Source: Deltaproteobacteria bacterium
GTDB lineage: Bacteria; Desulfobacterota; Deferrimicrobia; J040
Direction: 5' to 3'
Assembly (NCBI GenBank): GCA_011773515.1
Contig: WVXK01000062.1
Span: forward strand, 164,928 to 228,927
Length of the DNA: 64,000 bases
Each line of letters starts with the position of its first letter. Position 1 is the first letter of the stretch. Position numbers and translations under genes: made by a program. Shown piece by piece: positions 1-9,427 of the stretch. The notes under the pieces are model-generated. The model was not told the origin of the DNA and did no database searches. It saw only the letters and a list, made by a program, of their open reading frames with translations.

Positions 1-2
1 AG

Positions 3-1355
3 ATGGGTTTAAGACTTTTTCTCCTTCTCATAATCGTGATGGCTATCGCTTTCACCCACGTATCAATTCTCAACTCCGACATTGTTCGTTTCCATCTCAC
101 TCCAGGGAGGACCGTTGAAATAGCCCTTGCCGAACTCACGTTGATCGCCTTCGCACTGGGAGCAGGGATAGTTCTCCTCGGGACTTTCGTCAAAGACGCG
201 ATGACATCCACGAAAATGTGGAGAGAAAAAAGGCTGCTGGCAAAAAAGGAAAGTGCGACCAAGAAGCTGAGTAAAGCATGGAACCTTCTCTACCAGGGCA
301 AGACGAGCGCTGCACTCGAGACGGTTGACAGCATCCTTGCCGTTATTCCCGAAAGCCGCTCTGCAATTCTTCTCAAAGCGATGATCTACAGAGAGCTCGG
401 AGACTACATAGAAGAGGTCAAAGCCCTAACGGAGATCAAAACCAACGATCCATCAAACGTAGATGCGTATTTCATGCTGGCTGAAGCCCTGGAGCGCAGC
501 GGTGACACAGACAGCGCAATAGAAGTCCTGACTCCCTTGAAGAAGCAGGAAGACTACAGGAAGATCATCGAGAAGCTAAGGGACCTTTATATCAAAAAGG
601 GCGATTACGAAAAAGCCCATGAACTTCAGAGGGCCATCATCAAGAAAAAGGGGGACGTAAAGAGCGAGGACAGAGATATCTCGGACGGTCTAAAATTCGA
701 ACTTGCGCGGTATGCTTTCGAAACGGGAAACATAGACGAGGCTGAAAAGAAACTCAAGGACCTCTTGAAAGAGAGTCCAACGTTCACTCCTTCCTACATT
801 CTTCTCCAAGACCTTTACCTGGAGAAAACTCAGGCGAACGCAGCGATGGACCTGCTCATATCGGGATACAGAAAAACAAAAAACCCCATCAACCTCATAA
901 AGCTGGAAGACATTGCCATCGAGCAAGAGATGCCGGGAAGGTTGCTCGAGATATACTCCAACGTGAAATCGGAGTTCGAAAACGATTTCACACTTATTCT
1001 TTTCTACGGGAAGTTTCTCCTCAGGCTCGAGATGGTAGACGAGGCGATGGAACAGTTCTTGAAAGCGCAAAACATCGAACCAGACAATGCTTCGATTCAC
1101 ATCTTCCTTGCCGAAACCTACCGGAGGAGGAACAGGTTCGAGGATGCTGTTAATGAATACAACAAAGCCTTCGCATACAAGCGGCGTTACCTCGTGCCAT
1201 TTGCATGCGATGGATGCGGCGACACGATCATCCGGTGGAAAAGTTACTGCTCCGCCTGCCAGAAATGGGATATTTTCAGAATCGATTACGGAGATACGAA
1301 AAAAATCGAAGAAATCAGGGAAGAGGCTATGCAGAAAGTTCCCCTGCCTGATTGA
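3..1355 (+). CDS. lapB: LapA-LapB-like fusion (lipopolysaccharide assembly protein B with an N-terminal LapA-like two-TM segment). The ORF starts at the window edge, so the 5' end may be partial.
   Basis: Two N-terminal TM helices in a LapA/YciS-like pattern, multiple TPR-like repeats, and a C-terminal rubredoxin-like zinc ribbon (FACDGCGDTIIRWKSYCSACQKWD) matching the LapB/YciM C-terminus. Confidence 0.6.
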   Translation: MGLRLFLLLIIVMAIAFTHVSILNSDIVRFHLTPGRTVEIALAELTLIAFALGAGIVLLGTFVKDAMTSTKMWREKRLLAKKESATKKLSKAWNLLYQGKTSAALETVDSILAVIPESRSAILLKAMIYRELGDYIEEVKALTEIKTNDPSNVDAYFMLAEALERSGDTDSAIEVLTPLKKQEDYRKIIEKLRDLYIKKGDYEKAHELQRAIIKKKGDVKSEDRDISDGLKFELARYAFETGNIDEAEKKLKDLLKESPTFTPSYILLQDLYLEKTQANAAMDLLISGYRKTKNPINLIKLEDIAIEQEMPGRLLEIYSNVKSEFENDFTLILFYGKFLLRLEMVDEAMEQFLKAQNIEPDNASIHIFLAETYRRRNRFEDAVNEYNKAFAYKRRYLVPFACDGCGDTIIRWKSYCSACQKWDIFRIDYGDTKKIEEIREEAMQKVPLPD

Positions 1356-1971
1356 CCTGCCAAGGGGGACAGAATGCGCTATCTGCTCACGGCTGATTCA
1401 TTTTTCCCCCGTTCGGCAGGGGATTTTCTGCTCTGAGTGCAGGGTTTCCCCTCCCCTTTTCACCTCTCTTTTTTCCCTTTCACATTACACGCCGAGGGCG
1501 AGAAGAATCATTCACCGGATGAAATATGGCAGGGATTCAAGGATTGCAAGGTGCATTGGCGCACAACTCGCAATTTACGTGACCCATGCAGCACCATTTA
1601 TCTTCGAGAAAGCCTACATTATCGTCCCGGTCCCCCTCTCCCTGGGGAAACTCTTTACGAGGGGATTCAACCAGAGCGAACTCATGGGGAAAGCCCTTTC
1701 CCGCTTAACGGGCATTCCTCTTGCTGCCTCGGCACTCCGGAGGGTGGCTGATTTTTCCTCCCTGGCCGGAAAGAGTGCAAAGGAGAGGAAGCTCCTTACC
1801 CGGGAGGCATTTCGAATTAATTCGTTGAACAGGCGTGCCCATGAAAATATAATTCTCCTTGATGATGTTGCCACAACCCTTGAAACGTTAAACGCCTGCA
1901 CGAGGGAGATCAAGTCTGCCTGGGGAAGCGGCGTTACCGTTTACGGGCTCACAGCATCAAGGAGCTTTTGA
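1210..1971 (+). CDS. comF: ComF-family protein (N-terminal CxxC zinc finger plus phosphoribosyltransferase domain). The start codon is uncertain.
   Basis: CAICSR...CSECR zinc finger followed by a PRTase-type motif (ILLDDVATT). No in-frame ATG/GTG/TTG lies between the lapB stop (1355) and the zinc finger (1372). The nearest in-frame ATG is at 1210, overlapping lapB by 146 nt. Confidence 0.55.
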   Translation: MDAATRSSGGKVTAPPARNGIFSESITEIRKKSKKSGKRLCRKFPCLIDLPRGTECAICSRLIHFSPVRQGIFCSECRVSPPLFTSLFSLSHYTPRARRIIHRMKYGRDSRIARCIGAQLAIYVTHAAPFIFEKAYIIVPVPLSLGKLFTRGFNQSELMGKALSRLTGIPLAASALRRVADFSSLAGKSAKERKLLTREAFRINSLNRRAHENIILLDDVATTLETLNACTREIKSAWGSGVTVYGLTASRSF

Positions 1972-2753
1972 TGGGAAAAAAGATCACCATATCGCTGCTG
2001 CAGATGAGAATTTTTCCGGGGAAAGTCGAAAAGAACGTGGAAAAAGCCCTGGCTCTCATCAACAGAGCAGCTGGTGAGGGGACAGATATCGCCATCCTTC
2101 CCGAGATGTTCTCTTCCGGCTTTTACTATCGAAACATGGGGGGAGTGGCCGAAAAATCCCCGGAAGTGATTCTCACGATTCAGAAGCTGTGTAAGGAAAA
2201 CAAGATCTCGGCCCTTTTCTCTGTCCCGAAAAAAGAGGGAAGCTCCATCTACAACACGGCATATCTCATAGGCAGAGACGGGATAACGAAGGGCACATAC
2301 AGAAAGGTGCATCTTTTCGGGCTCTTCATGGAGGACAGGTATTTCTCAAGAGGGGACGAATCTGCAGTCATGTCGATCCCGTCACTGAAAATCGGGCCGC
2401 TTATCTGCTACGACCTCAGGTTTCCCGAAATCTCGAGAAAAATGGCTATCGAGGGAGCGGAAATGCTGGTCTACTGCTCTCAGTGGCCAAAAGAGCGCCT
2501 GAGCCACTGGCAAGCACTGCTTCGCGCAAGGGCTATCGAAAACCAGCTCTTCGTCGCCGCAACCAACGGTTGCGGCAGATCGGGCAAGATTCAACTCGCC
2601 GGACACTCCATGATTGTCTCGCCATACGGAGATACGGTGATAGAAGGCGGGGAGGATGAAGGCTGTTTCACCATCGCAATCGACAAGGAAGAGATCACCC
2701 GGTTTCGGAGAATGATGCCATGCCTGAAAGACAGACATCCGGGAGCATACTGA
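1968..2753 (+). CDS. Carbon-nitrogen hydrolase (nitrilase superfamily amidohydrolase)
   Basis: Contains EMF...LICYDLRFPE and the Glu-Lys-Cys triad context typical of CN hydrolases. Its ATG overlaps the comF stop (ATGA). Confidence 0.7.
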   Translation: MMGKKITISLLQMRIFPGKVEKNVEKALALINRAAGEGTDIAILPEMFSSGFYYRNMGGVAEKSPEVILTIQKLCKENKISALFSVPKKEGSSIYNTAYLIGRDGITKGTYRKVHLFGLFMEDRYFSRGDESAVMSIPSLKIGPLICYDLRFPEISRKMAIEGAEMLVYCSQWPKERLSHWQALLRARAIENQLFVAATNGCGRSGKIQLAGHSMIVSPYGDTVIEGGEDEGCFTIAIDKEEITRFRRMMPCLKDRHPGAY

Positions 2754-2761
2754 ATCCGCGG

Positions 2762-3238
2762 ATGAAAGTAATTACGGGGGATCAAGCGGGTGAGTTATCC
2801 CGTACGTTGAAGCGTGAGGGGAAAAAAACGGTTTTTACAAACGGCTGCTTCGACCTGATCCATGCGGGCCATGCAACCTACCTTCTCTCGGCACGCCAGC
2901 TTGGAGATTTCCTCTTCGTGGGGGTAAATAGCGACAGCTCGGTGAAAAGAATCAAGGGAGAGAAGAGACCGGTTGTGCCGGAAAACGAAAGGATCCTCCT
3001 TCTGGCATCTTTTGTCTTCGTAGACAGGGTAATACTCTTTGACGAAGATACTCCCTACGAGCTCATCAAGGCCATCCGACCAGATATTCTGGTCAAGGGA
3101 GAGGACTGGAAAGTAGAGGAGATCGTGGGAAGGGACCTGGTCGTATCCTCCGGCGGCGAGGTAAAAACCGTTCCCCTGGTAGAAGGACTTTCCTCAACAA
3201 AGATAATTGAAAAGATCATCAAGAACCATTCTTCCTGA
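2762..3238 (+). CDS. rfaE2: D-glycero-beta-D-manno-heptose 1-phosphate adenylyltransferase (RfaE/HldE domain II-like cytidylyltransferase)
   Basis: VFTNGCFDLIHAGHATYL nucleotidyltransferase motif and overall match to HldE domain II. The start was chosen at MKVITGD, after the upstream stop at 2753. Confidence 0.7.
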   Translation: MKVITGDQAGELSRTLKREGKKTVFTNGCFDLIHAGHATYLLSARQLGDFLFVGVNSDSSVKRIKGEKRPVVPENERILLLASFVFVDRVILFDEDTPYELIKAIRPDILVKGEDWKVEEIVGRDLVVSSGGEVKTVPLVEGLSSTKIIEKIIKNHSS

Positions 3239-3289
3239 GGGGCCCCTGATACTTCCATCTTAACCTTACCTCGGGGAAGCTCGGCTGCA

Positions 3290-4453
3290 TCAATGTCTTT
3301 TACATATCTCCCGTATGGCTTTCACCGCCTTCTCCGCTTCCTCGAGAGTATTCAGCGCGCTGAAGCTGATCCTGGCTCCTCCCTCGGGAAACGTTCCGAT
3401 GGCCCTGTGCGCAAAAGGAGCGCAGTGCAGGCCTGACCGCACGAGGATCCCATAATCCTCGTCGAGCTGCATGGAAAGCTCACCGGGATCCTTCCCCTCG
3501 ACGTTGAAAAGAAGCACACCCAGTTGTTTTTCGGCTGCCGCGGATCCGTATACCCGGACCCTGTCTATGCCTTTCGCACCCTTCAGGAAAAGGTGGAGAA
3601 GCTCACTTTCGTGGGCCATGATTTTTTTTACACCCCTGTTCCGGACGTACTCTGCCCCTCTCCTCAGTCCAGCCAGACCCACAGAGTTGGGGGTTCCCGC
3701 TTCAAGCCTGTCGGGCAAAAAGTCAGGGTGCCTGTCGTTCTCGGAGCGCGAACCGGTCCCTCCTTCGAACAATGGCCTGACTTCGACGTTTTCGCCTGCG
3801 TAGAGGAAGCCCGTTCCCTGGGGCCCGAACAGCGCCTTGTGACCCGAGGCGGCCAGAAGGTCTATATTCATGGCCTTCACATCGAGCTCAACTGCCCCGG
3901 CCGTCTGGGATGCATCGACGAGAAAGGGCACTTCCCTCTTCCTGCACTCGGCCCCAACCTCCGCAATATCATACACGGTGCCGGTTACATTCGATGCATG
4001 AATCATTGCAACGAGCCTCGTGTTCTTTTTGAAAGACCGTTTGACATCGCGAGGGTCAATATTCCCCCGGGGATCGGCTTCAACATAGGTAATTTCAACA
4101 CCGCGAAGAGCCATGCTGGAAAGAGGCCGCAGAACGGAATTGTGCTCCATAACCGTTGTGATTACATGGTCCCGTTCCCTCAGGAGGCCCTTTATGGCCA
4201 GATTCAGTGCCAGCGTCGCGTTCGAGGTGAAAATAATCCTCTTGCTCTCACTGCACCCTATGAGCTCCGCGATGACTTCCCGGGTCTCGAATATATCTCT
4301 CATGGATTCGAAAGAGAGGGAATGGCCCGAGCGGCCGGGATTCCCCGCACGGAGAAGAGCCTCTGCAACGGCCTCCACCACTTCGGGCGGCTTCGGAAGA
4401 GAGGTTGCCGCGTTATCGAGATAGATTATATCTCTTCCGCGAAAGCTAATCAT
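3290..4453 (-). CDS. Class V aminotransferase, cysteine desulfurase family (SufS/CsdA-like)
   Basis: DNAATS N-terminal motif, SGHKALFGPQGTGFLY PLP-lysine region and ELHMQLDEDYGIL-type C-terminus. An AAGAGG RBS sits 9 nt before the second ATG (MISFRG). Confidence 0.75.
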   Translation of the reverse strand: MISFRGRDIIYLDNAATSLPKPPEVVEAVAEALLRAGNPGRSGHSLSFESMRDIFETREVIAELIGCSESKRIIFTSNATLALNLAIKGLLRERDHVITTVMEHNSVLRPLSSMALRGVEITYVEADPRGNIDPRDVKRSFKKNTRLVAMIHASNVTGTVYDIAEVGAECRKREVPFLVDASQTAGAVELDVKAMNIDLLAASGHKALFGPQGTGFLYAGENVEVRPLFEGGTGSRSENDRHPDFLPDRLEAGTPNSVGLAGLRRGAEYVRNRGVKKIMAHESELLHLFLKGAKGIDRVRVYGSAAAEKQLGVLLFNVEGKDPGELSMQLDEDYGILVRSGLHCAPFAHRAIGTFPEGGARISFSALNTLEEAEKAVKAIREICKRH

Positions 4454-4508
4454 GGGATACATCCTCTTGTTGATTTATTATTTTCAGGATAGATAGAAAT
4501 TATATCAT

Positions 4509-6362
4509 TCAACCCGTGTAACCGACCACGAGTTTCATTCCTGGCCGTATGACCTCGCTTTTCAGGCCGTTCATCTTCTTGAGCTCCGCGATTGAGATAC
4601 CGAAGGCCCTGGCTATTGAATAGAGGGAGTTACCCGATTTGACGGTGTAGACCTTTTTGCCGCTTTTGACCGCATAGGTATAGAGGTTCCTGCTTTTGCC
4701 TTGCGCAATTTCCGCCGGCTTCCCGTAGACCCTTATCGTCAGCTTCTGGCCGGGCCTGATTACATTTCCCTCGAGACCATTCAGCCTCTTCAAGGTCGCG
4801 ATGGGGACCCCGAACCGGCGTGAAATCTCATAGAGACTGTCCCCTCTCTTGACCAGGTAGATTTTCCTGTTGCCCTGCCGGTAGACGTAATAGTACCTCG
4901 CACTCCTCTCGAGATTTGAAACAACGTATTTCAGCGATTTTTGATCCGCCGGTTTCAGCGAAGCGGCAAATTCGTTTTCCGTCTCACCCACGATCGGTAT
5001 TATGAGCCTCTTTCTCCCCCCGATCAGGTTGCTTCTCAGTCCATTGACCTCTTTGATTCTGAAAACATCTGCAGAGTACTTTTTGGCTATCCTACCGATA
5101 TTGTCTTTCGACTTTATCCGGTGAAGCACGAGCTTGACCTTCCCCCTCCTGCTTATCTCCTCCCTGTTTTCCTCCACATGTTTCTTGCTCCCCCCGGGCA
5201 ACCTGATCGTGTAAGAGCTGAAATTAGGCGGGACCACCCCCCGCCTGATCCCGGGATTGAGGAGCGTGACCTCTTCATAATCAACGCCGATGATATCGGC
5301 AAGCGTTCTCAGGTCAATCCCGCCGGGGACCTCGACGGTATCAAACTCGAGAGGTTCATCCATTTCCAGGTTATCGAACCCGTAACTTTCCGGATCCTTT
5401 ACCACGGTCAGGGCCGCGAGCATCTTCGGAACGTAATTTTTTGTCTCCCGGGGAAGATATCTGTATTTAACCAGCTTCCAGTAATCATTGGTTCGATACC
5501 TTCGTATCGCACGGTCGATCTTGCCCTCACCCACATTGTACGCAGCGGCGGCAAGATACCACGACCCGAACATATCGTAGAGGCTCTTCAGGTACCGCGC
5601 TGCGGCCCGGGTGGAACGCTCGAAATCTCTCCTCTCATCGTCCCACCAGTTGATATCGAGACCGTACTTTTTCCCCGTCCAGTACATGAACTGCCAAATC
5701 CCGATTGCGCCGGCGCGTGACACCGCCCTCGGGGAAAAGCCACTCTCTATCATGGCAAGATACACAAAATCTCCCGGCACCCCTTCCGCCCTGAGAATCT
5801 TCCTCATGAGCATGTCATACCTCCCGAACCGCCTATACCACTCGGTGAAATGGGGACGGGCCCGTGTCTGAAAATATCTGATGGCATACTCAACCCTCTT
5901 GTTCAGGTCAACGGGGAGGGGTATGTCCTCTTCCTCCTCATATAAATCCTCTGGGGACTCCGCCACGATCTCCTCATCCATATTGCTCTCGATCTTTCCT
6001 TCTGCGCCGGGAGCATTGTCACCCTCCCGGGTCAGTGCGGGGAAACCGCAGGCACCTTTTTCACCCCGAAACGCAGGTCCGCCCCTTGAGGCTGCGATTC
6101 CGGAGACGAAAGACTCAGGTGGACTCGCGGGGGTGGAAAAAGCGTGCTCAACAGATATGCCGGCTTCCTTGAAAAGGAAAGAGCCCATCCCGCAGTAACT
6201 GGAATGTGCCCACCGGGGATTCAATAAAATGGCGAGGCCAAGGGCCAGGGATGCCGCTATGATCCTCTTTGCAAACGTTGCTCCCACAAACCCCCCGAAG
6301 ACGCTTTTATCATCAAATGCCTGCAACAAGGCGGATATTGCCGGGGAAAACAGGCCCGTCAA
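4509..6362 (-). CDS. mltD: Membrane-bound lytic murein transglycosylase D-like (SLT domain plus two C-terminal LysM repeats)
   Basis: SLT catalytic motif LAMIESGF...AIGIWQFM, two LysM repeats (YLVKRGDSLYEISRRFGV..., YTVKSGNSLYSIARAFGI...) and an N-terminal hydrophobic anchor. Confidence 0.8.
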   Translation of the reverse strand: MTGLFSPAISALLQAFDDKSVFGGFVGATFAKRIIAASLALGLAILLNPRWAHSSYCGMGSFLFKEAGISVEHAFSTPASPPESFVSGIAASRGGPAFRGEKGACGFPALTREGDNAPGAEGKIESNMDEEIVAESPEDLYEEEEDIPLPVDLNKRVEYAIRYFQTRARPHFTEWYRRFGRYDMLMRKILRAEGVPGDFVYLAMIESGFSPRAVSRAGAIGIWQFMYWTGKKYGLDINWWDDERRDFERSTRAAARYLKSLYDMFGSWYLAAAAYNVGEGKIDRAIRRYRTNDYWKLVKYRYLPRETKNYVPKMLAALTVVKDPESYGFDNLEMDEPLEFDTVEVPGGIDLRTLADIIGVDYEEVTLLNPGIRRGVVPPNFSSYTIRLPGGSKKHVEENREEISRRGKVKLVLHRIKSKDNIGRIAKKYSADVFRIKEVNGLRSNLIGGRKRLIIPIVGETENEFAASLKPADQKSLKYVVSNLERSARYYYVYRQGNRKIYLVKRGDSLYEISRRFGVPIATLKRLNGLEGNVIRPGQKLTIRVYGKPAEIAQGKSRNLYTYAVKSGKKVYTVKSGNSLYSIARAFGISIAELKKMNGLKSEVIRPGMKLVVGYTG

Positions 6363-6374
6363 GTTTTACTCGAT

Positions 6375-6620
6375 CTATAAATCCTTCTTTTTAAAGCTGT
6401 TATCTTCCCTCACATAATATTCTTTCGGATAATTTCCGGCTTTATTGAGGGCTCTCAATATTTTTTCCCTGTCCCGGTTGTCAAACCTGATCGCCAGGCC
6501 GCAATCTGAAGTCAGGGATCGGGGAACGGGGATGAGCTTCATGGGTATCCCCTCCCCCTTGATTGTCTTTTCTGCCGCCATGACCTGATGTGTACCCTCG
6601 AAGATGAAAACCCCCTCCAT
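6375..6620 (-). CDS. DUF3343 family small protein (putative S/Se carrier-like)
   Basis: 81 aa with FEGTHQVMAAEK...IPMKLIPVPRSLTSDCGLAIRF, matching the DUF3343 signature. Confidence 0.6.
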   Translation of the reverse strand: MEGVFIFEGTHQVMAAEKTIKGEGIPMKLIPVPRSLTSDCGLAIRFDNRDREKILRALNKAGNYPKEYYVREDNSFKKKDL

Positions 6621-6690
6621 CAGTCACCTCTTGGAAAAGAAGATAATCCGGTAAAAAAGATCACTACATTGTAGTATAATCTTCCCGAAC

Positions 6691-6963
6691 GTGGCTACCA
6701 ATAAGCCGCCGGGAGAACCGTCTGTGTCGATACTATCAATAGCGCTCATCTCTTGTGCCGTTAATTTACCGCTGGGATACTTGAGAAGCGGCGCACAAAA
6801 GTTTTCCATAGCATGGTTCACATTCATCCATCTATCGATACCGTTGATCCTATACCTGAGGATCAAGAACAAGGTTCATGCGGTTACCATACCGATCTTT
6901 ATCGCCTCGGCTGTGATCGGGCAGCTTTGCGGGGGAAAATTAAGAAAAAAGGAGCACTCCTGA
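6691..6963 (+). CDS. Small polytopic membrane protein (hypothetical)
   Basis: 90 aa with three hydrophobic helices. Its stop abuts the dciA start (TGAATG). A competing antisense ORF 6624-6872 was rejected. Confidence 0.35.
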   Translation: MATNKPPGEPSVSILSIALISCAVNLPLGYLRSGAQKFSIAWFTFIHLSIPLILYLRIKNKVHAVTIPIFIASAVIGQLCGGKLRKKEHS

Positions 6964-7260
6964 ATGAAAACGGAAAGGATCGGGGGAACGGTATTTAGCC
7001 TTCTTGACAGCCTCGGATTAAACGATGCAAAAAAATGCGCGATGATTATTTCGGCATGGGAGAACATCGCCGGCGAGAGACTTACAAATCTCGTCAGGCC
7101 CGAATCATTCAGGTACGGAACGCTCCACCTGTCAGTTTCAAATCACAGCTGGGCCCAGGAGCTCCAGCTGTTAAAGCCCCAGTTCCTGGAAAAGGTAAAC
7201 GGGGTCCTGGGCAAGGATGCGGTGAAGGATATCAGGTTCAGGGTGCGGGGAGAACGGTAG
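6964..7260 (+). CDS. dciA: DciA (DUF721) family protein, putative replicative helicase loader/operator
   Basis: 98 aa matching the DUF721 consensus: LG..........W..IVG......T.P......TL.V.V.SS.WAQEL..LKP.LLEK.N..LG...V.DIRFRV. Confidence 0.65.
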   Translation: MKTERIGGTVFSLLDSLGLNDAKKCAMIISAWENIAGERLTNLVRPESFRYGTLHLSVSNHSWAQELQLLKPQFLEKVNGVLGKDAVKDIRFRVRGER

Positions 7261-7344
7261 GTTTCTGCGAAGAAGAGACAGTTTTCATTCCCCTTGAGAA
7301 CGCTGACGCCTGCTGTGAAGGCAACTCCTGGCAAACAAAAAAAG

Positions 7345-8124
7345 TCACTTCCTGATCATTCCCCCGAAAATAGAAACGATCTCCGAAGAATAGACGTTTC
7401 GTTTGTCGTAGATAAGGAGGGGTGGCAGGAAGACTGTTTCCCTCTGGCCGCCTACAGCACCCTTGATGAGGGCCAGCTCGGCTTCCTTCCCCCTGAACGA
7501 GTGAACCAGGCGTACCTTCTCCACCTTTAGCCCCCCCCGATTCAGCTGGTCCACCACATCGAAAAGCCTTCTTGCCGGATATACGAGAAAAAATTTTCCC
7601 TTCTTCCTCAGCGCCGTGGAAATGGCAACTGAGAGGTCCTCCGGGTTGAGGGTATACTCGTGCCGGGCGATTCTCTTCTCCTCATCAGGGTTGACCCTTC
7701 CCGCCTTTACCTTTCTGAAAGGGGGATTGGATACAACCGTATCGAATCTTTTGCCACAACCTTTCACGAACTCCCTCACATCGGCATTGATCACCTCGAT
7801 CACGTTTTCAAGGGAGTTGCTCCTCACGTTTCTTCCCGCCACCTCGGCCAGAGCCTTCTGGATCTCCACGGCGATCATCCTTCCGATATCCGGCCGTTGG
7901 CGTGCAATGAGCATGGACAGAACGGCCGCGCCGGCTCCCACGTCGAGGACATCCCCGGCCAGGCCCCCGTCTATTGCAAAGCGGGCGAGAAGGATCGAAT
8001 CGAGGGAAAAACGGTATCCTTTTTTGCGCTGGAAGACTTTGAGATTCGCAAAGCCGATAACGTCTTCGGTGATTTCATCTTTTTCCTTGACCATGAAATT
8101 TCTATCCCACACGGTCATTTTCAC
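7345..8124 (-). CDS. tRNA1(Val) (adenine37-N6)-methyltransferase-like SAM-dependent methyltransferase (TrmN6/YfiC family)
   Basis: VLDVGAGAAVL SAM-binding motif and VVSNPPF N6-adenine/HemK-type catalytic motif. Confidence 0.65.
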   Translation of the reverse strand: MKMTVWDRNFMVKEKDEITEDVIGFANLKVFQRKKGYRFSLDSILLARFAIDGGLAGDVLDVGAGAAVLSMLIARQRPDIGRMIAVEIQKALAEVAGRNVRSNSLENVIEVINADVREFVKGCGKRFDTVVSNPPFRKVKAGRVNPDEEKRIARHEYTLNPEDLSVAISTALRKKGKFFLVYPARRLFDVVDQLNRGGLKVEKVRLVHSFRGKEAELALIKGAVGGQRETVFLPPLLIYDKRNVYSSEIVSIFGGMIRK

Positions 8125-9427
8125 TGACGGGGGACATAACGAGTCCCGTGAGGATCTTCGGGTAGAAATAGGTCGATTTCTGAGGCAGGATAACGCCGCT
8201 TTCAGAAACCTCGATAAACTGTTCCATCCTTATGGGGTTCAGGTAGAACAAGAGCTGGATAACCCCCCCTTTGAGGTCGCTCAACCCCCTCTTCAGGTCC
8301 TTGTAGAACCTTACCTTCTCTCCCGAAGATATCTCCTGCGGCGAGATGCCCAGCACCCTTTCCAAAATCAGTCCGTGAAGGAGGGAAACGTCGAGGTTCC
8401 TGACGGCGGGTGGCAGGGAGGGAAACCAGCCCGCATCCAGATCGTTTATGTCGTCGATCTTCAACAGGGAGCAATTCCCCGTTTTATCAACCATACCGAA
8501 GATGCGCTCCTCGGGCGTTGCAGAAGATACCTTTTCAACCATCTCATCGACTCCCCCGGAAAGATTCAAGAGCTTAAAGGGAACATCAGCCTGCCTGGTG
8601 AGCGTCTCAATTTTATCCCGGTCAAGCCCGTATACTCCCCTGTGGGTCGGCAGGATCACGAGGCCTCCATCCCCGGTTGCCGAGAGGAAGACGAGAACAT
8701 AGTTCCAGGCCGAAGAAGGATCGGCGTGGGCCCTTTCCCGCATCCAGTTCCTGTATTCAAGGGCCGTCTCATACCGGTGGTGGCCATCGGCAATGAATAC
8801 CCTCCTCCCCGAAAGGAGACTTTCCACTTCCCCTATCACCTTCTCGTCCGTTACCACCCACATGCGGTGACAGACACCGACATCGTCCAAAACTGACACG
8901 TCAGGCGCAGACGCCTGAATCGCCTGAAGAAAGAGGGAGGCGGCATGGTTTTCATCGTCATCGTATATCGCGAATATCGGGCTGGTCGCCGTGGCTGTGT
9001 GCTTCATGAGATTCAGCCGGTCCAACTTGGGGGTCAGAAGCGTCCTCTCATGGGGGAATACGCTTCCCTCTCCGAACTTTTCAAGCAACATCCCGCAGAT
9101 GAACCCTGTCCGCACCAGCCTTCCCATACCCTCCAGCTCGAACTCCTGCTCGTAATAGTAAAACGCGGGCTTTTCATCCCTGACCAGCACCTGCTCTGCA
9201 ACAGAGGCCTCGAGCATCTCATTTGCCCGCCTGTATTTCTCGTCCCTCTCCCCAACTCCGTCCAGTCCGTAGTCGATCCAGACGATATTATTCGGGTGTC
9301 TCGCATGAAGCTTTATCTGATCCTCTTTCGATATCACATCGTAGGGGGGAGCGACGACGAGGCCCTTGTCTTCGATCTGCTCTCCATAGCGCAATCCGCG
9401 TATCGGTCTTACCTTAGCCATTGTCAA
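8102..9427 (-). CDS. DUF1015 family protein
   Basis: 441 aa with the conserved ADGHHRYETA motif and the overall DUF1015 layout. Confidence 0.65.
   Translation of the reverse strand: MTMAKVRPIRGLRYGEQIEDKGLVVAPPYDVISKEDQIKLHARHPNNIVWIDYGLDGVGERDEKYRRANEMLEASVAEQVLVRDEKPAFYYYEQEFELEGMGRLVRTGFICGMLLEKFGEGSVFPHERTLLTPKLDRLNLMKHTATATSPIFAIYDDDENHAASLFLQAIQASAPDVSVLDDVGVCHRMWVVTDEKVIGEVESLLSGRRVFIADGHHRYETALEYRNWMRERAHADPSSAWNYVLVFLSATGDGGLVILPTHRGVYGLDRDKIETLTRQADVPFKLLNLSGGVDEMVEKVSSATPEERIFGMVDKTGNCSLLKIDDINDLDAGWFPSLPPAVRNLDVSLLHGLILERVLGISPQEISSGEKVRFYKDLKRGLSDLKGGVIQLLFYLNPIRMEQFIEVSESGVILPQKSTYFYPKILTGLVMSPVSENDRVG

Noticed and set aside
3524-4492. 322-aa plus-strand ORF
   Set aside because: It is antisense to the class-V aminotransferase gene, which has clear PLP motifs.
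6624-6872. 82-aa minus-strand ORF upstream of DUF3343
   Set aside because: It overlaps the plus-strand small membrane ORF that is start/stop-coupled to dciA, and only one of the two can be real. It is kept only as a low-probability alternative.
7616-8896. 426-aa plus-strand ORF
   Set aside because: It is antisense to the well-supported TrmN6-like and DUF1015 genes, and its sequence is Ser/Arg/Pro-rich and non-protein-like.
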